Translations under genes and position numbers: made by a program
The notes under the pieces: generated by a model
The model's database searches: none
Told to the model about the DNA's origin: nothing
The model's input: the letters and a program-made list of their open reading frames with translations, nothing else
DNA from: Saccharolobus caldissimus
Lineage (GTDB): Archaea; Thermoproteota; Thermoprotei_A; Sulfolobales; Sulfolobaceae
Assembly (NCBI RefSeq): GCF_020886315.1
Contig: NZ_AP025226.1
Location: 2,950,469-2,974,468 of the forward strand
DNA: 24,000 bases
Reading direction: 5' to 3'
Part shown: positions 1-8,998 of the stretch, one piece after another
How positions within the stretch are numbered: the stretch's first letter is position 1
Layout: each line of letters begins with the position of its first letter

Positions 1-2
1 GC

Positions 3-548
3 TCCGTAATTAACAAGAAAAACGGTAATAGTGTAAACTTTAAAGAGATAATCGATAAAGCATACTCTTTGGGTTATTCACTGGACGTCACTTATGTATA
101 TAACGTATCTAAACCTGGCTATACTTCACCTTATGGTGTTCATTTAGCGTTAGTTAGTGTAGATAAAGAAAATGGAGTAATAAGAGTAAGAAAGTATATC
201 GCAATAGATGATGTAGGAAGAGTGATAAATCCTCTATTAGCTGAAGGGCAAGTAATAGGGGGTGTAGTCCAAGGTTTAGCTCAAGCATTATATGAAGGGG
301 CAATATTTAATAATGAGGGTTATTTGCTAAATTCTAATTTAACTGACTACGGATTTCCTACTGCGGTTGAAGTTCCTAAAGTGGAATGGTATTACATACA
401 AAAGGGATTTTCATCACATCCAACGAGAAGTAAGGGAATAGGTGAAGCAGGTACTATAGCAAGTACTCCAGCAGTTGTTAACGCTGTAGAAAAATGTATA
501 GGCAGGAGGATTAGGAGTATGCCCGTAAGACCGGAAGAGGTTTTATAA
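3..548 (+). CDS. Molybdopterin-dependent oxidoreductase large subunit (CoxL/CutL, xanthine dehydrogenase/aldehyde oxidase family), C-terminal part; 5' end lies outside the window
   Basis: The frame is open from base 3, so the TTG at 69 used by the ORF track is not the real start. The tail IDDVGRVINPLLAEGQVIGGVVQGLAQALYE...SKGIGEAGTIASTPAVVNAV matches the conserved C-terminal Mo-cofactor-binding region of this family. Confidence 0.8.
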   Translation, partial: SVINKKNGNSVNFKEIIDKAYSLGYSLDVTYVYNVSKPGYTSPYGVHLALVSVDKENGVIRVRKYIAIDDVGRVINPLLAEGQVIGGVVQGLAQALYEGAIFNNEGYLLNSNLTDYGFPTAVEVPKVEWYYIQKGFSSHPTRSKGIGEAGTIASTPAVVNAVEKCIGRRIRSMPVRPEEVL

Positions 549-551
549 GGT

Positions 552-1013
552 ATGCAGAGGCATGTTATGTCATCTAAAGATGCTAAAATTTTTGTCAAAA
601 AGATAAAAGAAAAATATGGGATAGACTTATCTAATTCAAAATTAGAAATAGGAAAGGAAAAGAAGGAAATTTGGTATTATATAGATGGTATTTTAGCGTT
701 TTTCAATGAAGATCCCATTCCAACATTATGTGGTATTCTGAAACTTAAAATAAATCTGCCTTATGTTATAGTAGATGAGGGTGCAGTAAGGGCTTTAAGT
801 AATGGGGCAGATCTTTTTGTACCAGGCATAGTAGAGTATAATTGTAGCTGTAAAGAAAATGATTTGATTTTAGCTAAAACTAAAACTAACCTACCAGTAG
901 CCGTGCTAAAAGTATTAATGTCTAAAGAGAAGGCAATCTCGGAAAAGAGAGGAAAGTTCGCTGAAAATCTACATCATGTAGGGGATAAGTTATGGGAGAT
1001 GTGCAATGGCTAA
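552..1013 (+). CDS. PUA-domain RNA-binding protein (archaeal COG2016 / MCT-1-like)
   Basis: 153-aa ORF. The C-terminal half (VIVDEGAVRALSNGADLFVPGIVEY...LPVAVLKVL) has the PUA-domain pattern. An in-frame ATG at 567 is an alternative start. The stop overlaps the next gene's ATG (ATGGCTAA). Confidence 0.65.
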   Translation: MQRHVMSSKDAKIFVKKIKEKYGIDLSNSKLEIGKEKKEIWYYIDGILAFFNEDPIPTLCGILKLKINLPYVIVDEGAVRALSNGADLFVPGIVEYNCSCKENDLILAKTKTNLPVAVLKVLMSKEKAISEKRGKFAENLHHVGDKLWEMCNG

Positions 1014-1701
1014 CATTTCTATTATAATACCCACCTATAATGAAAGGGATAACGTAGTCTTACTAATCGAACAAATAGTAAAATTACTTCCTAATTCTAA
1101 GATACTTATAGTTGATGACAACAGTCCGGATGGTACAGCAGAAGTGTTAAGAAATTTGAAAATTCCTAATTTAACAGTTTTTGTAAGAAATGAAAGAGGC
1201 TTAGGGTCAGCTTTAAGATACGGAATTAAAAAGGCATTGGAATTAGAAACTGAGTTTATTGTAACAATGGATGCGGATTTAAGCCATGATCCTATATACT
1301 TGCCGCAAATGACTAAAATAGCAATAGAAGGTAAATACGATTTAGTAATAGGTTCTAGATATATAAATGGTGGTGGTATAGAAAATTGGCCGTTAAGTAG
1401 GAGAATTATAAGTAGAGGTGCAAATTATTTATTTAAGTTAATTTCACATTCACCCTTAAACGATAACACGTCAAATTACAGAGTTTATTCACGCAAAGCT
1501 GCACTATTAGCATTAGATTGTGAAACAGCTAATGGTTATGAATTCCAAATCTGCTCAATATTTAAAATTATTAAATCTAACCTAAAAGTTATAGAATATC
1601 CTATAATCTTCAAAAATAGAAAATTAGGAAAAAGCAAACTTAGAATTTCTGAAATATTAAATTGGTTCTTATATATTATTAAGCTTTCCCTCTCTTCTTG
1701 A
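1006..1701 (+). CDS. GT2 glycosyltransferase, dolichyl/polyprenyl-phosphate mannosyl(glucosyl)transferase-like (Dpm1/GtrB type)
   Basis: 231 aa. IIIPTYNE, VDDNSPDGT and MDADLSHDP motifs are typical of soluble GT-A fold GT2 enzymes of the Dpm1 type. Confidence 0.8.
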   Translation: MANISIIIPTYNERDNVVLLIEQIVKLLPNSKILIVDDNSPDGTAEVLRNLKIPNLTVFVRNERGLGSALRYGIKKALELETEFIVTMDADLSHDPIYLPQMTKIAIEGKYDLVIGSRYINGGGIENWPLSRRIISRGANYLFKLISHSPLNDNTSNYRVYSRKAALLALDCETANGYEFQICSIFKIIKSNLKVIEYPIIFKNRKLGKSKLRISEILNWFLYIIKLSLSS

Positions 1702-1993
1702 GTTTCTGAAGTTCCTCTTTTAGCATTTCAATTTCCTTCTTAAGGGAAAGTATCTCGTTCTCGTGATTCTCTAAAGTTTTCAATATTTTATCATTTTCGT
1801 TTTCCTTTTGCTCTTTGAGTTTTATATTACCATCTTGATCAATTTCAACCAATCCAAGTCGTTGCAATTCTCTAGCGTAACCTTTAGCAGTTTTAGGTGT
1901 AACTTTTATTTCTAAAGCTAAATCTTTTATATTAACACTACCCCTATTTTTTATTATATTTATTATATCTTGAAGTCTGGGAGTAAGTTCCAT
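1679..1993 (-). CDS. Small winged-helix DNA-binding protein with C-terminal coiled coil (putative transcription regulator)
   Basis: 104 aa. The N-terminal part, INIIKNRGSVNIKDLALEIKVTPKTAKGYARELQRLGLVEI, reads as a wHTH. The C-terminal part, ENEILSLKKEIEMLKEELQKLKK, is a heptad-rich coiled coil. Its 3' end overlaps the convergent GT2 gene by 23 nt, and it is divergent from the 2054 operon. Confidence 0.55.
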   Translation of the reverse strand: MELTPRLQDIINIIKNRGSVNIKDLALEIKVTPKTAKGYARELQRLGLVEIDQDGNIKLKEQKENENDKILKTLENHENEILSLKKEIEMLKEELQKLKKRGKA

Positions 1994-2053
1994 ATATAAT
2001 AGATTAGCATAGAATATCTTTTAAGTATGTAGACATATCAGATTAGGAGAGAG

Positions 2054-3010
2054 TTGACGTTACTAATAAAAGAGAAGGACGTAGTAAATTTATTGGATTA
2101 TAAAGAAATATATGATTCAATAGTAAATGCATTCTTACTTTTCGAGAATAAGTTAGTATTAAATTTAGAAAGAAGTAGGATTTCATTTGGAGGTGCTACA
2201 TTAACTTTTCAAGCAGCAGCAATGGAGAATTACATCGGATATAAGACATTTATAGCTGGAAACTTACTAACTTTCATATATGATACTTCTGGAAACCTAT
2301 TAAGTATAATTGAGTCAGATAGACTATCTCAAGTAAGAACTGCAGTTGTACCTATCATAGCTTCTGACTATATTTATGGAAATTACTCATCAATGGGAGT
2401 TATAGGTTTAGGGAAATATGGCTTGGCAATAATTGAAGTTTTAAGTGAATTAAAAAAGGGAATTAGAATATACGCCTATACTCCATCAGAGGAAAGAAGA
2501 AAAAGGGCAATATCCATTTTAAGTGAGGAGGGAATTAGTGTAGAAGTTAAAGATTCTATTAAAAAAGTATGTGAAGAAAGTGAAGTTATAACTACGATAA
2601 CTAAGGCTAAGGATCCTTTCTTAAAACTGGAATATGTTAATTACAAGAGGAAACATATTAACGCTATGGGCTCTAACATACCGGAAAAAATTGAGATATA
2701 TCCAGAGGTAATAAAGGCTTCAAGCTTAGTCGTAGTAGAGGACATGGAACAAACTCTAAAAGAATCTGGAGAGTTAGTAATAGCTAAAAAAATGGGAATG
2801 TTAGATCAGAATAAAATAGTTACATTATCCTCTGTAATCTCTAGAAAGATTAGCATTCCGAAGGATGGAATAACAATATTTAAGTCGGTAGGAATAGGAC
2901 TTGAGGACTTAGCTGTAGGAAAGTTAATTTATGAAAAAGCTTTAAGGAAAGGTCTTGGTACTGAAATAGAGGTTAGGGGAATTTGGTATCGAGAATTGGG
3001 AAAGAAATAG
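2054..3010 (+). CDS. Ornithine cyclodeaminase / mu-crystallin family protein (family includes archaeal alanine dehydrogenase)
   Basis: 318 aa. TTG start is preceded by GGAG (2046-2049). SDRLSQVRTAVV, the Rossmann-like GVIGLGKYG and the C-terminal FKSVGIGLEDLAV pattern fit the OCD/mu-crystallin family. Confidence 0.75.
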   Translation: MTLLIKEKDVVNLLDYKEIYDSIVNAFLLFENKLVLNLERSRISFGGATLTFQAAAMENYIGYKTFIAGNLLTFIYDTSGNLLSIIESDRLSQVRTAVVPIIASDYIYGNYSSMGVIGLGKYGLAIIEVLSELKKGIRIYAYTPSEERRKRAISILSEEGISVEVKDSIKKVCEESEVITTITKAKDPFLKLEYVNYKRKHINAMGSNIPEKIEIYPEVIKASSLVVVEDMEQTLKESGELVIAKKMGMLDQNKIVTLSSVISRKISIPKDGITIFKSVGIGLEDLAVGKLIYEKALRKGLGTEIEVRGIWYRELGKK

Positions 3011-4119
3011 AAATTTCACCAGTAGAACTAGGATCACAAATAGCTAAAAAAGTTAGGATAAATTTAGCTAGCGGAACTCCAGACCCTAAAAAAATGCCCA
3101 TAAAGGAAATTAAGGAGGCATATGGAGAGGTAATAGATGAATTAGGTCCTAAAGTATTATTTTATCCTGGAGCTGGCGGACAGGAAGAGTTAATTAAGGA
3201 AATAGAAAATAAGGTAATACCATTATTAGGCGTAAATAAGAGAAAATCTGAAAAAATAGTTGTAACAAGTGGTGCTCAACATGCTATAGAATTATTAGGC
3301 AAATATTTTTTAGAAAATGATACGATAGCTGTAGAGAATCCTACATTTATAGAAACTTTTAATGCATTAAAACTAAGAAGTTCTACGACAATCCCAATTC
3401 CACTAGAGTCTACCGGAATTAAAGTAGAAGAGTTAGAAAATTTACTAAAAATAGTAAAAATAACTTTGCTCTATGTAATACCCAATTGCCATAATCCTGC
3501 TGGAGTTAATATGAGTGAATGTAAAAGGAAAAAATTAGTAGAACTTGCTGAAAAATATGACTTCTACATTATAGAGGATGATCCGTATAAACCTATTGCA
3601 GGAGAAGTTCCTCAACCAATAAAGAACTTTGATGAAAATGGAAGAGTCATATATGTAAGTAGTTTCAGTAAAATATTAGCTCCAGGATTAAGATTAGGCT
3701 TTATTATAGCAAGGGAAGATATAGCAGAAAAAATAAGCTTAATGGAGCAGCTAGACTTTTCAACATCCACTATAAATCAGTATGTTGTAGCTAAATTGAT
3801 AAAAAAAGGAATAATCCATAATAGAGCAGAAGAATTATATAATTACTATAGAAACAAAATGAAAATATTAATAGACTCGCTTAATGATAAAGGATTAACT
3901 AGTTTTAATGAGCCTAAGTGCGGTTTCTTCTTACTCCTTGACCTGCATAAAGACAGTTGGGAAGTATTCCATAAAGCAGTTGAGAAAGGACTAAGTTTCG
4001 TTCCGGCAAAACCTTTCTTCTTGAGAGGTGGAGAAACAATGGCTAGGTTAAGTATCTCTGTGGCAAGTGAAGAAGAAATAATTGAGGGAGTAAGGATACT
4101 ACATGAAAGTATGAAGTAA
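2983..4119 (+). CDS. PLP-dependent aminotransferase, class I/II (2-aminoadipate/LysN- or MocR-C-like)
   Basis: 378 aa. TTG start lies 9 nt after GAGGT (2969-2973) and overlaps the upstream gene by 28 nt. Motifs are PNCHNPAG (N-P-x-G) and YVSSFSKILAPGLRLGF (SxSK Schiff-base lysine). Confidence 0.8.
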   Translation: MVSRIGKEIEISPVELGSQIAKKVRINLASGTPDPKKMPIKEIKEAYGEVIDELGPKVLFYPGAGGQEELIKEIENKVIPLLGVNKRKSEKIVVTSGAQHAIELLGKYFLENDTIAVENPTFIETFNALKLRSSTTIPIPLESTGIKVEELENLLKIVKITLLYVIPNCHNPAGVNMSECKRKKLVELAEKYDFYIIEDDPYKPIAGEVPQPIKNFDENGRVIYVSSFSKILAPGLRLGFIIAREDIAEKISLMEQLDFSTSTINQYVVAKLIKKGIIHNRAEELYNYYRNKMKILIDSLNDKGLTSFNEPKCGFFLLLDLHKDSWEVFHKAVEKGLSFVPAKPFFLRGGETMARLSISVASEEEIIEGVRILHESMK

Positions 4120-4140
4120 AATTATTAGTTAAGCTTTTAA

Positions 4141-4506
4141 TTATTCTAATACTACCTCCTCTACTCTAGATATAAAATCTCTTACTTGATTCATATAGTA
4201 CGGAATGTCATTTTCATCAAAATTTCCACATATATAGCAATCATAATGTAAAGTCAAACCTAAATTCCAATACTGTTCTACCCATTCTCCTAATATTGAG
4301 GATAATTCCCTTATTGCTTCTGATCTAGATTTATCTTGTAAAGAAAAATAGTATGAGAGAACCTTAATACCTGCATTTATGGCCTCATAAAGCATTTCAC
4401 ATACAAGCGAGGACGTTCTTACTGAATTACTAAGATCATAGTAAAGTTTTGATGTAGAAATAAAATACGTATAAAGTTCTTTTTTATTTTCATTTAATGC
4501 TTCCAC
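4141..4506 (-). CDS. PaREP1-family (HEPN-like four-helix) protein, function unknown
   Basis: 121 aa, all-helical. LYEAINAGIKVL...SRSEAIRELSSILGEW...LTLHYDCY resembles the PaREP1 pattern (helix pair followed by an LH-x-NFY-like motif). Assigned from memory of the family, so moderate confidence. Confidence 0.45.
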   Translation of the reverse strand: MEALNENKKELYTYFISTSKLYYDLSNSVRTSSLVCEMLYEAINAGIKVLSYYFSLQDKSRSEAIRELSSILGEWVEQYWNLGLTLHYDCYICGNFDENDIPYYMNQVRDFISRVEEVVLE

Positions 4507-4568
4507 GATAATATTCTTATAAGGTATTATTTTAAAAAGTGAACGTCTACCTATTACACATTAAATAA

Positions 4569-5071
4569 ATAGATGCTCTCTTTGAAATAGCTGCTGTAGG
4601 TTACAATAGTCAGAGAATGAATCAATTACTAGGGGTTACTCAATATCCATTATTTTACATATCAAGAGAATTCATGGGGAATGAGTTTTCGATTTTAGTA
4701 GGGATATTCACATTAAATAGTTTGTTCGGGTCTGCATTAGCCGCATACGTAGCCCTTTCACGATTAACATATACTATTTACAAGCAAGATATGATGAAGT
4801 CTATAGCAATTGTAGCAGCATTTTTCATTATCCTAAATACGTTAGGCGTGATATTTAGTCTCAGTGCAAGTAATGCGCTAATTTTACTTTATTTCTATAC
4901 TACTGAACTACTGAAATTTCAGAAATAACACTTTTCTCGTCTCATGCTATCATTTCCGCGGTATATCCATTATTTACTAAGAAACTTGGTTTCTTTAATA
5001 TCATGGATATCATTTTAGCAGCTGCTGCGTCGGGATTAATGATTTACGGGATAGTTAGTTACTTTTATTAA
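4569..5071 (+). pseudogene. APC-superfamily amino-acid permease, C-terminal half, frameshifted
   Basis: The frame is open from 4569. IDALFEIAAVGYNSQRMNQLLGVTQYPLFYISREF...ALAAYVALSRLTY reads like the distal TM helices of an APC permease. It stops at 4926-4928. Deleting one copy of the 8-bp tandem duplication at 4900-4915 restores ...YFYTTEISEITLFSSHAIISAVYPLFTKKLGFFNIMDIILAAAASGLMIYGIVSYFY*, ending at 5071. Confidence 0.6.
4900..4915 (+). repeat. Perfect 8-bp tandem duplication (ctactgaa x2) causing the frameshift in the permease C-terminal fragment
   Basis: Read directly: 4900-4907 ctactgaa and 4908-4915 ctactgaa. Removing 8 bp joins the two reading frames into one hydrophobic ORF. Confidence 0.85.
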
Positions 5072-5120
5072 GAGAAATAAGAATTTGGACAAATTATTAA
5101 GTAATTATGCTACTTTAAAC

Positions 5121-5854
5121 TTAAGTTGGTGCAGCTGTTAACACTGCTAAAGACGCTATAATATATGCTAAAACATACGCATTACTAACTGTTTTTCCTT
5201 TCCTTTAGCCTCATACCCCAAAAAGAAGGAAGCACCTCCTCCTGCTAACGTGAAAGAGACTGCTAGCGCTCCACTCCAAAAATTACTTGAAAAAATATCG
5301 AATGGCATATATCTTATTCCTTCCATACTAATTACTTTAAATGCTAATATTACAATTAAACTTATTTCTATTAAAGAAGTAAATAAAGCATAAAAAAGTG
5401 GTGGTTTAATTCCAGAGAGCAAAAGTATAGTCATGACTATTGGAATCAAAATCTCTACTATATAAATTCCGTTACCAATATTAAATATTGATGGAAGAAT
5501 AATCGCTGAGATGTATGTTGTGGCAGATGGGAGATATATAGCGTAACTTATCCAATATAACCAGCCTGCAATTTTACCAATCAAATTACCAGCTGCAGTC
5601 CTAGCAAAATCATAAGTCCCACCAGTAGTAGCTATATATTTGGAATATTTGTAACCTATGATCACCCATAAACCATATATTAATACCCCAAATATACCTG
5701 CGTAGAAAGTTGAAGCTAAGGAAAATGTAAGTGCATAAGTTAAATAAGCCGCAGCTGAACCTAAAGGTGCAATAGAACTCAAAGACTGTGAAAATACTAG
5801 ATAGCTGGAGATCGTGTTTTCCTTCGGTTTAAGTCTATCGGATAGGCTAACCAT
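5121..5854 (-). pseudogene. APC-superfamily amino-acid permease, N-terminal half, frameshifted and truncated
   Basis: ATG at 5854. The 228-aa ORF has about six hydrophobic helices and ends ...GGGASFFLGYEAKGKEK, then stops early at 5168. The -1 frame continues KTVSNAYVLAYIIASLAVLTAAPT to a stop at 5121-5123. The shift sits at the A5 run (T5 on the + strand, 5192-5196). A normal APC permease is about twice this length. Confidence 0.65.
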
Positions 5855-6046
5855 ATGGTAAACGTTTAAAGAGGGTATTAAAAAATTGTCGTATCATTTT
5901 AGAATAGTAAAAATTACTAATTAATTTTAATGAATATACTTTAATTTATTTATTATTTCGATTAACTGATAAAAGTGAACGTTATCCCTAATTAAAGTTT
6001 AATATCGTTAATATAGTTTTTTATAGTTTCTTCATAATAATAATAT

Positions 6047-6409
6047 ATGGATTTAACGCGTTTCTCCCTTATACTAACAATAATATCGCTGACATTAGGT
6101 GGGTTTCTTCTTTTAGACAAGGTTCCTATATTTTTAAGCATAGGCACGTTCTCTATAGTAGTAATCCTTATTGTATCTTTATTTTTAATTGATAAAATTA
6201 CTATAATAAAATACATTCTACTGATATTAGCTATACTTGGAATTATTGTATCATCACTATCTAATCCTCACATAAAAGCGTTAGAGGAAATAGGTAAAAC
6301 GCTTTACATTTCAACTTTAGATGTTCTGATGGTACTAGGGTTTTACGTTGGACCTACTCTGTATATAATATCTATAATTAAGGAAAATTTAAAAAGGAGA
6401 AGGTACTAA
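6047..6409 (+). CDS. Small integral membrane protein, unknown function
   Basis: 120 aa with 3-4 strongly hydrophobic segments and a basic C-terminal tail (KRRRY). No recognisable family. The overlapping minus-strand ORF 5992-6216 is less protein-like. Confidence 0.5.
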   Translation: MDLTRFSLILTIISLTLGGFLLLDKVPIFLSIGTFSIVVILIVSLFLIDKITIIKYILLILAILGIIVSSLSNPHIKALEEIGKTLYISTLDVLMVLGFYVGPTLYIISIIKENLKRRRY

Positions 6410-6420
6410 TACCTATTTCT

Positions 6421-6891
6421 GTGGAAATTGTAGATCCTCATGCAAGAGTTGCAGACCTCGTAGGTCTTCTATATACTTTAGACACTACATTTAATGGGAA
6501 AACTGATCTATATATGTTAGAAAAAGAAATGGAAGTTGACTTAGATGATTTAATGCCTATAGTATATACTGCTAATTCATTAGGATTTATCACCGTAGGA
6601 GAAGGTGATATCATAATCACAGATAAGGGAATAGAATTTCTAAAATCCAATTTAAAAAAGAGAAAAGAGATTATTAGAGATTCAATAAAACGAGTTGAAC
6701 CTTTTAAGACAGCGCTACAGTTAAAAGAGTTTACAATTTACGAGTTAAAAGATGTTTTAGAGAGAAAAGGAGTACAAATATATAATAGCCCAGAGGGTCT
6801 TTACGACTTACAGATAACTTTAGTTGAATGGGGAGTTTATTCAGGTTTATTAAAAAAAGAAGGAGACAAATTTATGGTAATTGAACATTAG
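6421..6891 (+). CDS. Standalone homolog of the C-terminal AAA-associated domain of NitT/TauT-type ABC ATPases
   Basis: 156 aa, GTG start 12 nt after the preceding gene. HARVADLVGLLYTL...TDLYMLEKEMEVDLDDLMPIVYTANSLGFITVGEGDIIITDKGIEFL follows the pattern I recall for Pfam AAA_assoc_C. No ATPase domain is attached. Confidence 0.45.
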   Translation: MEIVDPHARVADLVGLLYTLDTTFNGKTDLYMLEKEMEVDLDDLMPIVYTANSLGFITVGEGDIIITDKGIEFLKSNLKKRKEIIRDSIKRVEPFKTALQLKEFTIYELKDVLERKGVQIYNSPEGLYDLQITLVEWGVYSGLLKKEGDKFMVIEH

Positions 6892-6953
6892 CTCATTTCG
6901 ACTTGTCGTAATGCTAGAGAGGTATTTAAATGATTTAAGAGAAGAAACAAAAC

Positions 6954-7700
6954 ATGGAACAAGAAAAAGGTGAGGAATTAACTCACTATATTAATGAGGC
7001 AGATACGTTTAGGACTAAAGTTTTCGGAATTCAGGATGGACTAATAGGTGTGGGATCGATAATTCTCGGTGCTGCAGGATTTTCACATGATGCACTTGCA
7101 GTTACAATAGCTGGGTTAATAGCTACAATAGGACAAGCATTTTCTATGGGAATTGGTGAATATATAAGCACTAGAGTAAGGATGCAAGTAATAGAAAATG
7201 AAATTAAAAAAGAGAAGTATCAAATAGAGAATTTCCCAGAAAAAGAAAAGGAGGAATTAATTAATTTTTACGTAAAGAAGGGGTTTAATAGAGATGAAGC
7301 TGAAAAAATAGCAGGATTCCTTATTAAAAAGGAGAACGTTGTCCTAGAGGAAATGCTTATGCATGAACTTAAAGTATTCCCAGAGGAGTTCGAAAAGCCA
7401 ATCAAATTAGGTTTCATAATGGCATTATACCTTATCATAGGTGGTATAATACCTATGGTACCGTTCATAATAAGCTATAACTTTCCAAAAATATTTTATT
7501 TCAATTACGCCTTGGTTGCTGCGATAATCTTGGTAATTCTCACTTTAGGGATCTTTGGGTATTTAGGTACTAAATATACGGGTTTACCAAAATATCGGGG
7601 AGCGTTAGAGCAAATAGGAACTGGGATGATTGCTTTAATAGGAAGTTACATTGCAGGAATTATATTAGCACATTTCATTCCCACAACTTTTTTACCTTAA
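6954..7700 (+). CDS. VIT1/CCC1-family iron/manganese transporter
   Basis: 248 aa. [16 protein letters not shown] and MGIGEYIS motifs, an internal charged helical insert, then C-terminal TM helices. This is the typical VIT-family layout. Confidence 0.8.
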   Translation: MEQEKGEELTHYINEADTFRTKVFGIQDGLIGVGSIILGAAGFSHDALAVTIAGLIATIGQAFSMGIGEYISTRVRMQVIENEIKKEKYQIENFPEKEKEELINFYVKKGFNRDEAEKIAGFLIKKENVVLEEMLMHELKVFPEEFEKPIKLGFIMALYLIIGGIIPMVPFIISYNFPKIFYFNYALVAAIILVILTLGIFGYLGTKYTGLPKYRGALEQIGTGMIALIGSYIAGIILAHFIPTTFLP

Positions 7701-8623
7701 TTTTCACCACTTTTTAATAACTTAGCTAATCCCTTTGGTATTCTGGCAGGCTTATTTTCTTCTTTAAATAACTCTCTCCTTCTTGCTTCTAAAATAATTG
7801 GCTCAATATTTAAATATTCAGCAGCAGTAGTAATTCTTACTCCAAGATCTTTACCTACCTCATAAACTGGTTTTAGGACTTGAGAATAATTAATATCCCT
7901 TAGAACATGATGATCTATAATTACAGTATCGAGACCATTCTTAACTATTTGTTCCATATTCTTAATTGACCTATCTAAATCCTCTTCTTTTAAAGCCCTA
8001 CCCAAAAGATAGCTTAAAGGACCATCAATAATTATTATATTAGGCATAACTTCCTTAGTAAAATTAAGATGAATATCTTTCGGAGCACCTTCTATATCCG
8101 ACGTAAATAATACTGTAGAATCCCCGTCTTTGATTGCTACTTGAACTACGTAACCTAATCTCTCATCGGCACCATGTGGGACTGCGGGAGAAAAGGAAAT
8201 TAAAGTACTATTAAATTTAAAACTCCTTCCATCTGCTATTTCTAATTGCTTTGGCTTGCCCTTTATTGATCTTAAAAACTTAGGTGCTCTTCTGTATTTT
8301 TGGCTATTATTTATCATATTTTGAGGGTCCTTAATGAATACTACCTTATTTTCATAAATATCACTAGGTATTACGTAACCTGGATCATGATGATCGTAGT
8401 GATAATGAGATATTATAATAATATCCGCATCTTTAGCTGCATTTATTATCACTTTAGCTAGTTCAGTTAACCTATCAACTTCCTTTTGATGAGGAGGTAA
8501 GCCATATCTTCTAGGAGCTAATGATACTGCAGGGTCGATTAGTATCTTCACATCTTTAGTTTCCACTAATGTTGCTTGAGATCTCACACCCAAACTCTCG
8601 AAAGCTAATGGTGTGATATTCAT
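7697..8623 (-). CDS. UPF0282-family metallo-beta-lactamase-fold protein
   Basis: 308 aa. The N-terminus [24 protein letters not shown] and the HYHYDHHDP metal-binding motif are characteristic of the archaeal UPF0282 family. Its 3' end overlaps the VIT1 stop by 4 nt. Confidence 0.8.
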   Translation of the reverse strand: MNITPLAFESLGVRSQATLVETKDVKILIDPAVSLAPRRYGLPPHQKEVDRLTELAKVIINAAKDADIIIISHYHYDHHDPGYVIPSDIYENKVVFIKDPQNMINNSQKYRRAPKFLRSIKGKPKQLEIADGRSFKFNSTLISFSPAVPHGADERLGYVVQVAIKDGDSTVLFTSDIEGAPKDIHLNFTKEVMPNIIIIDGPLSYLLGRALKEEDLDRSIKNMEQIVKNGLDTVIIDHHVLRDINYSQVLKPVYEVGKDLGVRITTAAEYLNIEPIILEARRRELFKEENKPARIPKGLAKLLKSGEN

Positions 8624-8648
8624 TAATAATACCTTATCACATTACTAG

Positions 8649-8900
8649 TTAAAAACGGATACTAGACAAATCAAGAATTAAATCTCTAAAATCTTTCCTT
8701 ATATTTTCTAGATCGATTTTAGCCATTCTTATGCCATAGTTAGTAGTCTTTCTTTCAATATATTTACCTATGCCGTATATTGTAAAGCCAGTTATAGTAG
8801 TAATATGAAATGGATCATCAAGACCAAGTGCTATAAATTTTCCCACTCCTTGAATTATTCTTCCCCTAGGTTCATAGTCTCCTAGTATCTCCTTAAACAT
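8649..8900 (-). CDS. Hypothetical 83-aa protein
   Basis: ORF lies 25 nt upstream of the UPF0282 gene and is co-oriented with it. No recognisable motifs. Confidence 0.4.
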   Translation of the reverse strand: MFKEILGDYEPRGRIIQGVGKFIALGLDDPFHITTITGFTIYGIGKYIERKTTNYGIRMAKIDLENIRKDFRDLILDLSSIRF

Positions 8901-8998
8901 GTATAATAAATTATGTAGAATGAATTAAAAGGTATAAGGTAAAGGGGTAGGTATGACGCGAGGAAAAAATATATTATTAACATGCAGTATAGAAAATA

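Noticed and set aside
5185-5200. Possible programmed -1 ribosomal frameshift at GAA-AAA-C in the permease N-terminal fragment (P-site Lys-tRNA could re-pair on A-AAA)
   Set aside because: The -1 frame itself terminates after about 25 codons, and the rest of the gene lies on the other strand with a second frameshift. Decay is the simpler explanation.
4538-5982. 12-nt direct repeat aaaagtgaacgt at about 4538 and about 5971, flanking the broken permease (possible insertion or duplication scars)
   Set aside because: A single 12-mer match is expected by chance several times in 24 kb of AT-rich sequence. The flanks do not extend the similarity, and the positions do not coincide with the inferred breakpoints.
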